This document shows, piece after piece, positions 61,601 to 64,000 of a DNA stretch of 64,000 nucleotides. Position numbers and translations under genes: made by a program. This DNA comes from Oculina patagonica. Lineage: Eukaryota. Position 1 is the stretch's first letter. Each line of letters starts with the position of its first letter. The notes beneath the pieces are model-generated. The model was not told the origin of the DNA, made no database searches, and saw nothing but the letters and a program-made list of their open reading frames with translations. The stretch covers positions 30,070,001 through 30,134,000 of the forward strand of contig NC_135759.1 in assembly GCF_052425735.1 (NCBI RefSeq). Direction: 5' to 3'.

Positions 61601-63098
61601 CTGAAAAATTAAGCAAATTCATCTAAATGAAATGTGCACAAATGTACATAATCTGGGTACTTAACTGTACATGAAGTGAGACCTGCTAAGACATCAGGTG
61701 AGCAATATCGTTGCTATTAAGAGAGTTTGGATATCTCCATTTAAAAAAGCTTTATTTTGTACTTCTCAATTTTATTGGCCCTGGGAGAACTACATGTACA
61801 GTACTTCAGTTTTTAAAGTCAATTTACTTTCTCTACACAATCTGTTCCACTATAACTATGCTCAAAGCCTTCCCTCTTGAAGAAATTGTGAAAAAAATTA
61901 ACTTGCCAAAGAGAGCAGTCAATCCCTACTGGATATTAAGTGATTTAATAAATGCAATATTGATGAATTGGCACAGTGGTGGGTGAAAAAAATATAATCT
62001 CACAAGAGCAAAACAAAACACATCTACATTGTGTAGCAGAATTGTGAGGCACTTTGGTCTGATCTTGCTGTAACTTTGGAATTACCTATTTTAAATAAAA
62101 TTTTAATTAATTTAATACCACTAGCATACGAATGTAAAATACATGCACTGAGTACAATATACAAGTGTTGTTCACCAGGTAGCTTGAAACGCATGGGATT
62201 ATAGTTTTAATTAGTAGCCTGGTAAAGATCACACAGCAGGGGGTTTCAAAGGCTTTTTTATGTCTATAGGCCAGCTGCAGCTAAAAATACAATGATCATG
62301 AATGTAGACAACAACAGAACATGAAGTTACTGCATGGCAGGAGGAGAAAAGACATTTTGCCAATCTACTTTTATATGTAGATTATATATAATGTTCATGC
62401 CCAATGCCAGAAGCACAAATATAGTCAGTATTAATCTGAGCAATAGTTGTATCAAAACAGTAATCTGGGTAATAAAAAAATTATGGTGGAACCATCAGTT
62501 CCACAACAAAAAGGTGATGTGAGGCACACATGTACAGTGTACACTGTTGCTTATTTATTTGAAATCCCTGGCTACATGTACATGAATCACACCCAGCAAA
62601 GACGTATTTTACATCCAGCAGATACGTCAGGACATCAAGAGTACAAATAATGCAGAAAACCAGTACAAATAACGCAAAATACATGTACTGTATTAGAACT
62701 CGAGGAGACAACAATAAGCTGTAATACTCTTAATCCTTCTGTCTGCACAAGAGTGCAAAAGCCACTTTGGATTTTGGTAAAGAAAAACATTGGATAATAA
62801 ATCTATTAGACAGAGGTGAGTAGTCATGCTATAAATGTTCGTTTTCACTCATTACTTGTATTTTGACAAGGCATTTGGACTCACAAACAAACATGTACCA
62901 CAAAACTTTACTATAAACACTAAACATCACAATGTCTCGTAAGATATGTACATTGCATTCACATACATCACAGGTAACCAAAGCGTACTATGAGAGTTTG
63001 TATGGATGTACTAAGAAGGCTTGTATGGATTTGAAATAAAGTTGAGAAAAATATCCCTTTTTACCGGCGAAAAGTTATAATGAAACTTTAAACCTTAC

Positions 63099-63420
63099 CT
63101 GGTTTCACGTTTTTGTATTTCTAGTGCTTTAGAAAGTCATACGCGCGATTTTCGTCTTAACCGTCTGTTGCGTACTAAAAGAAAGACAAGGTAGGAAAGC
63201 AAATTCGAAAGGCGAACGCAGGCCTCTTCGAAAAACTCGCTAAAAGTACCTCAAAACCAGACCTAACTCGATCTTTTCCCTTCACGATCCAAGAGCGATA
63301 ATTATTCCATCTTTCTATGTAATTGAATTGCATTCAAGTTGAAGTTTGGAGCCAAGAACTTCATTTGAATTCACAACTTCGGCACAAATCGGGCGCCATT
63401 ACGGCCGTGAAATTCAAATG
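63099..63420 (-). promoter_or_regulatory. SHANK: Probable SHANK 5' UTR exons / CpG-rich promoter region
   Basis: CpG-rich segment; candidate 75-nt intron 63249-63175 (gag|gtactt...ctttcttttag|) and a strong donor cag|gtaagg at 63099. No long ORF. Confidence 0.45.
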
Positions 63421-64000
63421 CGAGCACCTAGCTAACGGTCGAGCCTAGGGCGAGTACAAAATCCACCCCATCCGGGGGAGACAGAGGAGACCTCTTGTAA
63501 GCACCATCTCATGCTCACTACAACCACTATAAGTTAATTTTTGTAACGGCGGGTAAACCCAAACGTCAGCAACCCATTTAATCAACATTCAAATCTGTGC
63601 ACCGTTCCGAACGTTACAAAAATTAACTTATAGTGGTTGTAGTGAGTATGAGATGGTGCTTACAAGAGATCTCCTCTGTCTCCCCCGGATGGGGTGGATT
63701 TTGTACTCGCCCTAGGCTCGACCGTTAGCTAGGTGCTCGCATTTGAATTTCACGGCCGTAATGGCGCCCGATTTGTGCCGAAGTTGTGAATTCAAATGAA
63801 GTTCTTGGCTCCAAACTTCAACTTGAATGCAATTCAATTACATAGAAAGATGGAATAATTATCGCTCTTGGATCGTGAAGGGAAAAGATAGAGTTAGGTC
63901 TGGTTTTGAGGTACTTTTAGCGAGTTTTTCGAAGAGGCCTGCGTTCGCCTTTCGAATTTGCTTTCCTACCTTGTCTTTCTTTTAGTACGCAACAGACGGT
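63160..64000. repeat. Large inverted repeat (arms at least 389 bp, 63-nt spacer 63549-63611), continues beyond window
   Basis: 63160-63548 is the reverse complement of 63612-64000 with no indels; I saw 3 mismatches. Confidence 0.95.

Noticed and set aside
62053-62085. Possible SHANK N-terminal exon (VIPKLQQDQTK)
   Set aside because: Resembles the SHANK IPDLQQTK motif, but the donor is weak and I could not link it to a start codon; left out of the model.
1-64000. Prokaryotic features (operons, CRISPR arrays, defence systems, rRNA)
   Set aside because: The sequence is spliced eukaryotic DNA and none were seen.

Overview
AT-rich, intron-containing animal DNA. The gene families and repeat types point to an anthozoan cnidarian, most likely a stony coral (inference). 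The window holds four main things. (1) A cluster of four secreted Dickkopf (Dkk3-like) genes with two Cys-rich domains, which I reconstructed exon by exon from GT-AG sites and reading phase. (2) Two intronless class-A GPCR genes nested on the same strand inside intron 2 of the third Dkk gene. An ~8-9 kb tandem duplication (13009-22331 / 22341-30571) has copied both GPCRs plus the last two Dkk exons, giving four GPCRs and an orphan set of 3' Dkk exons. (3) A SHANK gene (SPN, ankyrin, SH3, PDZ, Pro-rich, SAM) on the minus strand, complete except for an unresolved start. (4) A near-perfect inverted duplication with arms of at least 389 bp and a 63-nt spacer over the putative SHANK 5' end, running off the window. 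There are also several SINEs, MITEs and an 86-bp-stem intronic hairpin. The two large duplications could be real or assembly/haplotype artefacts; read data would decide.
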